Shown: piece by piece, positions 1 to 12,982 of the stretch | How positions within the stretch are numbered: position 1 is the stretch's first letter | How the letters are laid out: every line of letters begins with the position of its first letter | NCBI RefSeq assembly: GCF_018977255.1 | Contig: NW_024704742.1 | Location: 107,200,001 to 107,264,000, forward strand | Origin: Callorhinchus milii | Taxonomy: Eukaryota | Reading direction: 5' to 3' | DNA: 64,000 bases | Notes under the pieces: generated by a model | The model's database searches: none | The model's input: the letters and a program-made list of their open reading frames with translations, nothing else | Told to the model about the DNA's origin: nothing | Translations under genes and position numbers: made by a program

Positions 1-246
1 ATTGGTTTGAAGACCATTGCGTTTATACTGTATACAATGACCTGGCACTGCATAAAGACTCATTCCAAGAGGTACATTCAGGGCGATGGGGACACAGTTG
101 GGCGAATGACTACTTCAGATCTGTTTGCATCCACATTAACATTGGATGCAGCTGCAGCAGACACCAGCAAACCAACTGGAAGGACAACATTTATCTACCA
201 TTTGGGAGAGAATGAAATGTGTGAAAACATGGAATCTGTTCTTTAA
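1..246 (+). CDS. SLCO3A1: Terminal coding exon (5'-partial) of an organic anion transporting polypeptide, SLCO3A1/OATP3A family
   Basis: Frame 1 reads IGLKTIAFILYTMTWHCIKTHSKRYI...TSDLFASTLTLD...RTTFIYHLGENEMCENMESVL*. This matches the end of TM12 and the cytoplasmic tail of OATP3A1 as I recall it (..LKSFAFILYTTTWQC..KRYI..TSEFFASTLTLD..RTKFIYNLEDHEWCENMESVL), ending in a class I PDZ motif (S-V-L). Ortholog versus paralog is unresolved. Confidence 0.9.
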   Translation: MGLKTIAFILYTMTWHCIKTHSKRYIQGDGDTVGRMTTSDLFASTLTLDAAAADTSKPTGRTTFIYHLGENEMCENMESVL

Positions 247-1700
247 CATTTGTGCAGCTGCGGTACTTAGCTGTCTGACTATAGCTTCTGAAAAGATACT
301 TTTGTAGTTAAAAAGGAACATATTTAAACATATATTTTAATGTTTTTAAAACAGCACAAAGACTTGTTGAAAGGCACCTGCCTTGTAAAAGATTTTTATT
401 ATTCTGTTTTGTAGATTACAGTGAGAGATATTTTGAGGTTTTTTGTGATCCTGTATGGTTCACAGTATATGCTGATAATATGGATGTGCACTAAGGTCAA
501 GAACTGGCAGATCAGGGTTAGAAACTAGCACTAGGCCAACTGGCCAGTTTTAATATTGTTTTTTAAATTATTTGGACAGTTTTGTGCTTGTTTAAGTATT
601 TTGCTGCATAGTAATAGTATGCGGCAGTATAAAATACTCTATAGGTAGGTATGCATACATATTGATTGCAATGGCATAAAATGGCATTGTGCAGCAAAGA
701 ATGTTTGTGAGATTTACATGTATCTATGACTATAACTATAACAAGATGTGGTTTTAGTCTCAGGTATATCTATTTGATCCACCACTTCATAAACTGGACT
801 TCAGTATGCCACCTGACCGCACATCCCAAATGAACAAATAATGTACAGCTTGTAACGCAGGTCTACCTTTGTTGTCCAAGGCTTATTAAATAATCCCATC
901 AACCCATTCGATGGTACAATTCAACTTTTATATCCACATAATTGACTGTTCAAACTGCCTGCTATGTAATTGGACCAGAAACAATTTTGGATTATTTTAA
1001 CTCAGCCGCTGTTTAGCCTCTGAACCATTAGAGTTAATTCAAAAACACGCTTTCTGTATTTTTCTTTGGAGCAACATGTGCATTGTGCGATATCTTGTGC
1101 TTACTTGAATAATTCACTTTGGTGCTGCTAAGTATCTGCAGTCATAATGCCAAATGGTGCCTCGAGTGGTAAATGAAATATATGAAGGAGAACAGGATAT
1201 CCACTGATACACCGGTTATTTATTATTGAAGCTTATATTATCTATTTTATTGCTTGAAAGTTTTTTTTAAAAAAGACAACAGCAAACATACTGGGGTCAT
1301 TTTTGGTTCTAATTCATAGCGAGTGGCAGATCTGTGGTGTGGGAAACACCATTTGAACACCATTGGTATTTGTAACAGACTGTTTGCCTATTTCAGGCCA
1401 TTACTATGCCCACACCATGATGCCATGCCTTTAAAATGTAGATTTGTTCAGTAACAACTAAGGGTCATTAGCTCACACTACAGTTACAATTGAAAAGGTT
1501 GCTTTCTTTCTAAACTGTGTTGCTCCTCAATGCAAAGGACAAAGACATGTTGTGACATTCTCATTGCCAAGTAACCTATGCTTGGTGCAGCCAGACCAAA
1601 TGCCCACTGGCTATTTTACTACTGTCTTTCAGAAGTCAGATACACCCCAATCTGACAAGTTTACCCCTTTGCACCAGGTGAAATGTCTCCTTTTTTAGGA
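247..1700 (+). other. Probable 3' UTR of the SLCO3A1-like gene (end not defined)
   Basis: U-rich unique sequence follows the stop codon. ATTAAA variants occur at about 885 and 1713; I saw no clear AATAAA. Confidence 0.4.
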
Positions 1701-1764
1701 ACTGCTGAGCTAATTAAAATAAGGTGCATGGTTTGCATTTAGAATTCAACTAATATACATTCAT

Positions 1765-2175
1765 AATGGCCTGGTAGATAAAAGCACCACCCAGTGTAGC
1801 ACTAAGCCGTTTAGACTAGAGGTTGCAACTTTGCTCCTATCTATCCTGATTTAGCTGATCACAGCCAGAGCAGGATTTGGCACTCTACAGTTGGTCATGG
1901 TGTCTCAAGATTAGGGATGTAACATTCAGACTCGATTTCTGCTCCTATTCAGTATTCAGTGACTTCTGTTGTAAAGTGTGAGTGTATGAATATTGGGTGA
2001 GGACCGGATCAGGATCAGCAGTGGTTCCCTCCATGGTTGAATAGACTGCTATCACTCATTGTCTAAGTTGACACATGATGAATAGGCACTCAAGCAATGT
2101 ACATGTAGGCTGCCTCTGTATATAGAATGGTACCCCAACAAAAGTTAGCACCTTTAAGAATGAAGAGAGAGAAAA
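1765..2175 (+). mobile_element. Old SINE-like interspersed repeat
   Basis: Degenerate tRNA-like head and purine-rich tail; resembles a common shark repeat as I recall it. Weakly related fragments lie near 20280-20410 (-) and 57110. Confidence 0.4.
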
Positions 2176-3589
2176 AAGGATGGTGGATGAAATTGGGGGA
2201 GAAAAAAAATATATTGTGTCTAAGTGACTTTTATTGATTATTATATTTTTTTGGAATGGCTTTCAAGAAGACAAAGCCACATGTTATTCATGCCAATCTT
2301 TACCTTAATAGGAATGTACATTTTAATATTCAATTTTTTTCTACAACAGCAATATTAAGAATACTAGTGTACATTCTGTGGAGAGTTTGTATAATTTATA
2401 CCATGCTTTTTATCATAGAATTTTAAAACAATTGTATTTGCATTTTGTAAAACATAACAGATTCCATTATTGTCTCATTCGCAGAATGTGCTTTTTTTAG
2501 ACTGTAGCTTGCAGTTCAAAAATATGTGTGTTATAAGTGTTAATGCCAATAAGTCCATCAAACTGTAAATTTATTATCAAATGATAAACTTATATTTAAT
2601 ACACATGAAACAATTACTACATATGAAATGCTTTATATTGAATTACTCTTTATGATTTACAAGGCACAGTATATACAATTATCAGTGTAATGGAGGATAA
2701 ATACTGTACACATTGAAAACAATTAGAAGTTAAAACAATTAGTCAGTGACCAATAATACTTATCATCCCTTTTACAATGCAGCAATTTTTAATATGTAGC
2801 ATCTTAATTTGCTACTGAAGGTAAGATTGAATAGGTAAGATTGCGCTTCTGCAATAATTATAAACAGTCAGGAAACAAGGAACAGAAGTAAGACCTTTGA
2901 GATGTTCCTATCTTTTTAGAATGGCAGATCTTTTATTCTCATTTTCTTCTCTTTTTCCATACACTTTACAGCAACAACAACTTGCATTTATATAGTAACT
3001 ATTTTTCTCCTTTATAAATACCAAAAACAGATTCTGCAGGTATAACCTTCTAAGGCAATGCATTCCACATTTTCACAACTCTTTCTGCGTAGAAATGTTT
3101 TCAGGTCTCACTGACGTGGCTCTGATTTTAAGATTACATCCTTCTTTTCAATTCCTCTACCAGAGTGAAGAGCAACCTCCTAATCTTGCATGTCAATTCC
3201 CTTTATTATTCTAAGCGCTTTGGCACGTCCTCCCGACGTGAAAGGCACTCTGTAAATGTAATTTTGTTGTTGCTATTGTTGTAAACACCTCAATTGGATC
3301 ATCCCTCAGTACTAAGGAATATAATTCAAACAAATGTATTTGTTGGGTTAACCTGATGATAATAATAATCCTTGAATTTGATATAGCACCTTATCATGTC
3401 TTGAGACAAAACATCTCAAAGCGTTTCACAGAATATACTGTAAAGTGAATTGAGTATATTTTATGGGTGAAAAATCGGAAGTTCATTCGGCGTAGGCTGT
3501 TTTGAGTCCAATCATTTTGATGAAGTTGAGGGGGCCCTGGCTATACATAAAATATGAGTTTATAATGGATATGTGGGGTCCTGTAATAT

Positions 3590-4260
3590 ATATTGAATGA
3601 CAGTATCTTACAAGGAGCAGAAGAGCAAAGGGACTTGGGAGTGCAGGTGCATAAGTCCTTAAAAGTGACAGCATGAAAGGATCATGAAAAAAGCTAATGA
3701 TTTATAAATAGGAGCATAGAGTACAAAAGTAAAGCAATAATGTTAACTTTGTACAAATCGTTGGTTAGACCGCAACTGGAGAACTGCATGCAGTTTGAAG
3801 AGGGTGCAGGGGAAATTTATAAGAATGATGCAAAAGATGAGTGGCTATAGTTTTGAGGAGAGAGTGGAGAAGTTGGGTCTGTTTTCAATGGAGCAGAGAA
3901 AATTGAAAGAGGATGTTTTAGAAGTGTACAAAATTATAAGGGATTTTTCACCGAGTAAATAAATCAGGAGAAGCTATTTCCACAGGTAGGCAGAAGACAT
4001 GGATGAAGATAGTCACGAGAAAAGCAGGAGGGGAATTTAGGATAATTTTTTTCAACAATAACAAATTACATTTGCTTTGAGCCTTTCAAGCCTCCTGGCG
4101 CCTTCAAGTCACAATTCTCTGAAGGCTCAAAGAGGTTAGGGGATATGGCGTACCTGTGTGATTGAACGCACACCTTTGCTCTGAGAGCCAGTGCAGACTT
4201 GATAGACCAAATGATCTCCTTCTGTGCTGTAAATTTCAATAATTTTACCATTCTATACTA
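3590..4260 (+). mobile_element. CR1 LINE 3' fragment (decayed ORF2 C-terminus)
   Basis: Remnant motifs RDLGV, LYKSLVRPQLE, RVQGKF and LGLFSMEQRKLKED, followed by a CR1-type 3' end. Confidence 0.8.
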
Positions 4261-5397
4261 TTGTTCGCAATTGACAGGTGATAGCTGCAGTATCATTTGT
4301 GCACTCACTTAGAATAGTGATAGATAATTTCCCAAATTATTCTTTCCAGAGAGTTAATCCGATCTACTTCCAAACTGTACCAGCAATATTATACTTTGGA
4401 TATATTTAACATTTATCTGAGCTGCAACAACAGGCCAATCCTGAACCTTGATTTAAACCAAACCCTAACAAAGGCATATCAGCAAGAATGCCATGAGAAG
4501 ATTGGAGCGAGGACAAAATACTAAATAATAATTCTTGCATTTGATACAGCAACTTTTATGTCTGGAGGGCTCTCACACTGTCTCACATGATTGCCACTTT
4601 CACCTCACTAAATACACATTCAAATGCATTGAATCTGTATTTTGTAGGTGAAGATGCTGGGTATTTAATGCAAAAGCCAGATCATATGGTTATTGTGGGA
4701 CTGAGTAAGACACCAGGAGGGAATTGATGAAACTGGGATGAAAGAAGCACATATATTTATCTCAATAATGCCACATTTATATTCCAGGTGTCTGCAGATA
4801 TGCCTTCAAACAAAACCTGCCCTGCACTCCCATGAGACCACTTAGACTGTGTATTTGTCTCATTGATTTTTCAGTCAAATCTAGGGCATCAGTGGTAACA
4901 TAGAAAGAACTCCTCATGTACAGACTTATCCCTCCCTGCTGTCTGAGGGAGGTCTACAGAGACAAAATACCACAATTTTCATATTGCTGACCTGTTCAGG
5001 TGGAATTAACAGCTCAGTCTCCTTTGGTCACAAGAAATATGATGGCATCCGGAGCAACCTCTGAACTCCTATCTCTCACTGTGAATGTCTCTGAAGGCAC
5101 ATGAAGACCTACTTAGATATGCCATAGTCAGCACATCTGGAAGCAACTTTGTGACATTGTAACAGTTTCTGGCAGGAGTTGACTTTTGGTTCATCTAGCC
5201 TACCCTATTGATGCACTTCATTTATATTGTAGTACTATAGCAAAGGCAGCTCTGTCAACAGTGCCCACTGAATTATTAATTAATCCTTGAATAACACATA
5301 GAGATAAACCAGGTATCTGTAAGATAATGGTACCCTGACTCCTTGAAAGAGTGTTTAGGAAACCTGTCTTTATTTACAATGGAGGAACCAGTATGTT

Positions 5398-5720
5398 ATA
5401 ATAATCGTTGCATTTGATATAGCCCTTATCACGTCTTCTAGACGTCTCAATGCGCTTTACAGAATATACTGTAAAGTGAATTGTAAAGTGAAGTGTCCCA
5501 CAAACAGTTGTGATTGAGGGACCAAATTTTTTTTTAAGGGATTATTACACCCCTGGAAAAGCGATCCGCCAATCAACTAACAACTGGGTTTCTACTTACT
5601 GCTAGGTAAACAGGCGTGTGGAGAAAGGAAACTTCCCCAACATTTCGTCCTGTCCGAGAATCGAACCCGGGTCCTCTTGTTTGCGATGCGAGCGCTCTAA
5701 CCACTACTCTACAGGACTCC
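5398..5720 (-). mobile_element. tRNA-derived SINE, long subfamily B
   Basis: GGAGTCCTGTAG head, CORE-like block and the shared ...TCAAATGCAA(C)GATTAT tail. Confidence 0.85.
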
Positions 5721-6039
5721 TTGCTATTCTCACAGTACAAACCATGTCTTCATTTTGTCTAGAAAATAATTGGGAGGAAAATGCAGAATGTATTTCTGGT
5801 GTGTGTGGAGATTTGAAGAAGTCTGGACCAATCTTTTCCTCTCTCACATAGGTTTCCTAAGCACTGTTTCAGACTGTAGTTAAGCGCACAGTGAGAAGTC
5901 ACTGCCTAGGAGCTAGGACCAGGGAAGCAACAAACAAAGCACATTGATAGGGATGTATGGTGTTTATTTAGATATTTATCTTAATATATACTTATTTAAA
6001 GTAAATATTGCTGTCCTGATCATTTTTTAAATTCTCTGT

Positions 6040-6450
6040 TGAGTGGCAGCCTGCTCGCTTGCTGAACTCTTGCCTCTGCGTTGGAAGGTTGTAGGATCAA
6101 GTCCCACATTCCAATAATGTGCTGGAGGGGAGGGGGTGCTGCATTATTGGAAGTTTTGTCCTTTGGATGAGATGTTAAACCGAGGTCTTGTCTGCCTAAT
6201 CAGGCACAATTTAAAGATGCCATAGCACTATTTGAGAAGTGAAGAGACTTTCTCCTGATGTTTTGGGCAACAATCCCCCAGATAAAATTGGTCATTCACT
6301 TCATGGCCGTTTGTGGGACATTGCTGTGCGCAAATTGGCTGTTGTGTTTGCCTACAAAATACAACCACTGCACTTTACAGTAAATATTTTGAAGCACATT
6401 GAGTCAGCCTCCTGATGTGAAAGGCGTTATGTCAAATGCAAAGATTATTT
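6040..6450 (+). mobile_element. Older Deu-domain SINE (SacSINE1/AmnSINE-like), subfamily A
   Basis: Contains GGATGAGATGTTAAACCGAGG...AAAGATGCCATAGCACTATTT...TGTGGGACATTGCTGTGCGCAAATTGGCTG, which is the Deu domain, plus an L2-type tail. Confidence 0.8.
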
Positions 6451-7766
6451 CATTATTTTATGTTTTAACAAAAGTAACAAAAAAGCATAGATATTTTTGT
6501 CCCAATGTATGAGTTGGATGTACCTAATGAAAACTACACTGATTCCTCGCAGTAATTCCGGACATTATTTGACAATCATCATTTCAGTTTACTCTTGAAA
6601 TTATGTCTGCCATCTTAATTGACGTAGATCTTATAAATTATGGCATTTCTATCCCATTATGTGCTGAAACTCTACAGTACCTGATGGCATACTAGCCAGC
6701 AGAGGGCCACATTACATTGTTCTTCATCAAGCACATGACGTTCTGTACAATCAATTACATTTAACACTTCAGTGCTATTTGCAATACAGTTATTTAAAAA
6801 TAAGACAATTATTGTAGCCTTATCAATATTAGGTGCCTTCCAAAGTATTTATATTAAAAAAAGTTATGTATAATCTTAAGATTCTGAGCCACAGAAAATA
6901 GACATAAAGGTTTCAGTGCAGTAGTATCCATTCCTTGTACCAGAATTGATAAGCTGTCAACATGGTTCATTCATTCATAATTCGTAATGGGATTCCTAAT
7001 ATAAATAAGATGTTTTGACAACGTGATAAGGCATTATATCAAATTAAAGGATTATTATTACTAAAGTTAATGTTTTATTTCTACAATGTAAAAAAGCCTC
7101 TCAAAATCAACATTTTAATCAAAAAATGCTGCTTCTCAATAACTGGAAAAATATTTACAATTTTTAACTTTGTTTAAGAGAACAAGCTACAGTGTATTTT
7201 GCTCTGAGATATTCTTTTGCCCACACATTCCATTGCTGGGGTTCTGTAACCTGTAGCCATATTCTATGGGTGCTTAATCTGTGCATTTAGAATATGGCTT
7301 GACCTATCTACTTAATTCATAAAACCAGCCAGAATGGAATGCAATTTCCATTAATGTCATATTTAAATTAAGGAACCCTTCTGAAAATTGTCCCAGGCAT
7401 TGCCGTAACTACCATCAAGATGACTGCTGAAGCCTATACTTTGTTCATATGTTGTCAGGTGAGTTTTCCCAGTTTAGAACATCCTTTTAAGTGTCCTTGA
7501 TGAAAACAGTGTCCTCCAAGGTATGTCCTCCTGGAATAAATTGGGTGTCAGCTGTAGAACCAATGTATTGAGGGCTACGTTTGACTTCCAAGCTCCAGGC
7601 TCCGGACCTCAATGCACAAAAGGCATACGGCACATTATATAACCCCCAGAATACAGGAACATATGAGTACAAAGGAGGTCATTCAGCCTTTCCCACCATT
7701 TCATTAAATTTCAGCAAATCTTTGCATTTCAAATTGCCTGCTTTTCTTCATATCGCTCAATATAAT

Positions 7767-8126
7767 GGAGTCCTGTAGCTTAGTAGTTAAAGCACACGCC
7801 TCACAAGTCAGAGATCTGGATTCGATTCTCGGCAGGGCGAAATGTTGGGCAAGTTTCCTTACTCCACACACCTCTGTTTACCTAGCAGTAAGTAGAAAGC
7901 CAGTTGTTAGTTGATTGGTGGATCGCTTTTCCAGGCATAATAATCCCTCAAGAAAAAATAAAATAAATAAATAATGATTTGGTCACTGTTAGTGGGACAC
8001 TGCTGTGCACAATTGGCTACTGCGTTTCGCCCACAAGTATAGTCAATTTACTTTATAATATATTCTGTGAGACATCTAGAAGATGTGAAAAGCGCTATAT
8101 CAAATGCAAGGATTATTATTATTATT
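7767..8126 (+). mobile_element. tRNA-derived SINE, subfamily B
   Basis: Full-length head with A and B boxes, CORE-like block and (TTA)n tail. Confidence 0.9.
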
Positions 8127-8633
8127 TATATCCTCACTTCCCAAATACATACAGTATCGTTCCACAAGAAGAATGATAAACCTAGCCCCAAAGTAATACA
8201 AATAATGAGCTAAATGAATTAAAGTATTTTAAAAATACAAATCACAAGCCAGTGGTTAAACAAATGCATATAAGTGCTTGGGAGTTATGAATCTGGTGCC
8301 ACTTGATGGTTTATTTTATGTGAGGTTGAAAAAAGAACTGAAAATCTATTGTTGTTGTTTCATGTCTAAAACACACTCACTTAAAAAGGAGATAACTGAT
8401 GAAAGACTCAATCCATCAAACCCTGGGTAATAATTAGCAAGTGTCATGTGTAGATTTTCTTAATTATTTTTTATCTGCTAGGTTGATTCTTTCCTCTTTC
8501 TCATTAGTCAAAATCACATACTCGAAGAACCTATTACTGAACCTCATTGTCAAACCATTAATTTAACATCAGTCATTGAATCTGTGCAGCAGGAGTCGTG
8601 TCACTGAGGACCTCCCTCTAGCAGTTATGCATT

Positions 8634-9045
8634 TATAATACTAATAATCCTTTAATTTGATAAAGCGCCTTTTACATAAGGATGACTTCTCAAAGCGCTT
8701 CACAGGATATACTGTAGAGTGTAGTAACTGTACTTTGTGGGCGAACGTGGCAAGACAATTTGCATACAGCATGTCCCACAAGCAGCCATGAAGTGGATGA
8801 CCAATTTCATATTTGGGGGTTGTAGGCAAGGATACCAGGAGAAGCTCCCTGCTCTTTTCGAATTGTGTCATGGGATCTGAACAGGCAGATGGGACCTCAG
8901 TTTAACATCATATCTGAAGGATTGCAATGTGATCCTCCAATTGGAGTGGCCCTAGACTGATTTCAGAGTCTCGATGTGGACTTGAACCCACAAGCTTCTG
9001 ACTCACAGATGAAAATGCTTTTAACTGAGGCAGGCTGACACACAC
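8634..9045 (-). mobile_element. Deu-domain SINE, subfamily A
   Basis: Reverse-complement match to 6040-6450. Confidence 0.75.
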
Positions 9046-9838
9046 TAGATTGGCTCAATGGTAGGATGGCAGTGCTGAGGAATAGGATGGTTTCTGTTCA
9101 CAATCCTGCTCAAAGCATCAAACACCCAAAATTTTATAGTGTCTTGCCTTAAGTTGCCTTAAGGAAAACAGTTTACAAAAATACAACAGTACGTAAGGGT
9201 ATGAAGAGATATGAAAGAAAGGCACAGAAATGGGATTGAAAATATTGATTTGAAGCTGCTATGTTGGAATAAAAGAGCAGAGGAGCTTGCCCTCAGACTG
9301 AATGGCAAATATTCCTATGTTTCTATGTTTTGTGTTTCTCATTTCAAATTTTTCAGCTCTACTGAGATATATTTGTTTAATGAATCCTTTTAGAAATCCC
9401 ATTGACTTCAAGAACTCAGCTCTGTAAGTAGATTGCAGCAGTGTGACGTACTTTCGGATACTGATACAAATCTCCAATTGCATAACGCAGATTCTTTATT
9501 AAAGAATCTCATTAGGGAATAACGTACATTTCACTTTAGATAACAATTTGATGTCAAGTGAATTAATGACTATCAATAGAAGCGTTTAGGTGTCAGGAAA
9601 CATAAATAAGAGTCAGCTTGCATCCTACTTATTTGGATTGCATATCTAGATATCAAGACAGAAAAATTCCAACAACTTCCCATGCTTGCTAGTGTTCCCG
9701 AACTATGCATGCAGCTGGAGACACAAAATTGTTCACATGTTACATTGGGTTAAGCTTACTTTGACTTAATGGTCATCTGGAAGAAGATTGCACTCTACTG
9801 CACAAGTTCACACATTTCCATTTCCCACACCAACTCAC

Positions 9839-9966
9839 TTCGGGTCTCTGTGAGTGAGAATGCAATTTAGACTGCTGAATTATAGATAGCTTTGTGCTGT
9901 GGACATCCACCCACTGAGAACTGGTTTGAGAATCCTCCCAAACCATTCTGTTTGGAACCTCTCCAG
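9839..9966 (-). other. Candidate exon of an unidentified minus-strand gene or pseudogene
   Basis: Strong acceptor ctttctcttttctccgtctctccag and donor GAA|gtgagt. The 128 nt have one open frame (GEVPNRMVWEDSQTSSQWVDVHSTKLSIIQQSKLHSHSQRPE). Product not recognised. Confidence 0.4.
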
Positions 9967-11639
9967 CTGGAGAGACGGAGAAAAGAGAAAGTTGTATCCC
10001 AAGTTAAGTGATCAGATATTTTTTAAGAATCATGGGGAATATTTATGATAGAATATTGAATTTGAAAACTTGTTCATTGCACATTAAAATCAAGAAGATA
10101 CACAAAGAGTTAATTAACTGTATGGTTGTAAATCATGATCCCTCCGTATACAACTACATATAACTAGAGTGGTGTTTGTGCAGTGGCTTTTAAAAAGATC
10201 AGCGGTTGATTAAAAATACCAAACATCAGAGAGCAAGCAGCAGAAGAGATTATTCTTGGACTGATCATCAGGCTGTAATTTTAAAAATGATCCTGTGTGG
10301 GGTGAACATAGCTAATGTTATAGGTATGTTGAACAGCACACAAAGTAAAGGGCAGAAGTGTACGTACCTCCATAGGTATTACATTGAAATGTGAATTGTA
10401 CATATATATATATATACCAGATATATTCACGGTATTTCCTGTCATGCTCTTTGAGATGTCTTGATGACCTGATAAGGCATTTTATCAAATGCAAGGATTA
10501 TTATATAATTATTATTGCATTCCACAGCAGTGCGATAATCTTGCATTGCAGAGGGGGTGAAGGAAGTGATTAAAGGTTACTTGCTCATGGATTATAGCTC
10601 TATCTATATCTGTAAGGTATATGGAATGGAAACGGTTTTGAAACCAGTACACTGGACTCATTTAAAAAGCAACTTGATGTTATGATGAGAGGGAAGGAGA
10701 ATGGATATTCTGGAAGGATAAGATACAGACTCATTTTGTGATCTTGTGAAAATATCACAAGCAGTTGGTATTCACAGTGACAAATAAGCTATTTAAACCA
10801 TTAAATGCTGCCAATCCGTCAGTCATAATTGAGTCAATGACTACATGTTACTGTGTCTACCTTATCTATCCCTTAGTGGACAATTTATTAGATTAACGAG
10901 AGACACATATTTTCTCGATGTAGCGGTGGATGGTTAACCAATAAATAAAAAAGCAGAGTACAGACAGAGAGGTCTATTTTTCATTCATATTAAAACATGG
11001 ACATGAATACAGGAAATATGCAATTGCTATAGACAAAGTAATGTATCACTGAATATAATAATGCCTGTTTTTAAAGTTCTGAGGAAAAGCTTTGCTACAT
11101 GCAACAAAATTGATTCATTCAACTGGAATGCTACTATCATCAATGCTCACTAACAAGTCACAACAAGATTAATGGGTTTTAATTATGTAAGAGTGGGTTG
11201 ATGCAGATGTTTCTGCACATATGTTTGTTCAGAAAGAGCTGCTTCAAAGCAACGGAGCTTGTTTCAGGAAAGACCAATTGCCAGCATAGCTTTATACTAC
11301 ATTTTCAAAAAACACACTGAAATGCTATTATGGTACAGAACATTACACTTACTGTCTTGATAACAGGGTGAAACTGTTTACTGATTTATTGAAATGCGTA
11401 CCAAGAAATATAATCAATTTGTCTTTGATATAGACAAGCTACATCACTTAAATGTGTAGTGTGGATTTATTTTAAGACTTGAATTAGGTGCAGTATTTTT
11501 CACTAAAGCAATGTTTATTGCATTTTGTATAACACAAAGAGGCATGCACGGTGATACAGTAAAATCAGTACACTACAACTGCATAATACAGCTGTTACAC
11601 ATTTTGCACAAAACAGTGAGGGACATTATTGGGACATCA

Positions 11640-11890
11640 TAACAATAATCTTTGCAATAGTTATAGCAACTTTTAAGTCTCAAAGAACTCCAAAGTTTCT
11701 GTAAAATGTAGTGAGTGTGTATTTGTAGGTGAATGTGGCAGCCGTTTTGCACACAGCAATGTCCCTCACTGCTGTGTGCATAAAACATATAACAACTGTA
11801 TATTCCCAGTCAGTTGTTTGAGACCTGAATTGAACCTGCAACACCTGTCTGAAATAAAGGCAAGAGTGCTAACAACTGAGCCAAGGACAC
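11640..11890 (-). mobile_element. Degenerate SINE
   Basis: Shared tail and a tRNA-like head remnant. Confidence 0.55.
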
Positions 11891-12666
11891 ATTTGAGGAC
11901 ATTTTGTAACCGTAAAAGCAATTTGATGCAGTCTGCAACAGTTAATTATGTTAACCTTTGATTATAGTGTTCAGTAATCATTGGGTTATTATTAATATCA
12001 ATTAAATAGTTGGATATCTTCAACCTAACCTCTGAATAATGTCATTGCTCAAACATAGTTGAAAAGTCTTGGGTCCTGCCATCTTGGATTTCCGCTGAGC
12101 AGAATTTTTTTCTCTTACTTGATTTAGAGATACTGGACTGAGAGTTAGGGTAGCAAATAATCTTGGAGAGATTGATTTCCAGCCTCACAAACAGCGAACT
12201 TTATCTTGCTCAAATCTTTGGGCCCTCTTTGGTTTTTCCCTTCTTTGTCACAGTGGATGCCAAAGTCTTTTTGTCATTGTCTCCCAGATAAAAACCATAG
12301 CTTAAGTTTAAACAAACAGATTTACCCTCCTTCAAATGAAAACATTCAGTTTAACTTGCAAAATACATGTCAACAATATTTACACCAGCAAATCTGGCAA
12401 TTACAGCAAAAGCCACCAATCACTGTGAAGCCTTTAATAAGTTTAGCCCTTACTTCCACTCAGGGTTAAATTCACACAGATCAGTGTTATCAAAATCAGG
12501 GCATTTCTTCACTTGGTGCAAAGACAGGCCCATTAATCATCAATTAAGGGTTTCAACAAGGAATAGGAAAACAGGTATCTTAGCTCTTCCCTACAACCAA
12601 TTTCGGAGTATTGTACTCTGTTGTTAACCCTTTCACTAACACATTGCTCCTGCATGAGCACCACTT

Positions 12667-12982
12667 ATAATAATAATAATCCTTGCATTTGATATAGAGC
12701 TTTTCACATCAGGAGGACGTCCCAAAGCGCTTCACAGAACACACTGTAAAGTGAATTGACTGTATATTTGTGGACGAACGCGGCAGCAAATTGCGCACAG
12801 CAATGTCCCATAAACAGTCGTAGCTTGAAAATGACCAATTTTATTATTGTATTTGGTTTTGGAGGGATTATTATTAGGAGTGTGGAGTAAGGAAACTTGC
12901 CCAAGATTTCGCCCTGCCGGGAATTGAACTCAGGTCTCTCGCTTGCAAAGCAAATGCTCTAACCACTGAGCTACAGGACTCC
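12667..12982 (-). mobile_element. tRNA-derived SINE, short young subfamily C
   Basis: Near-identical to the copies at 45070-45390 and 54505-54820. Confidence 0.9.
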
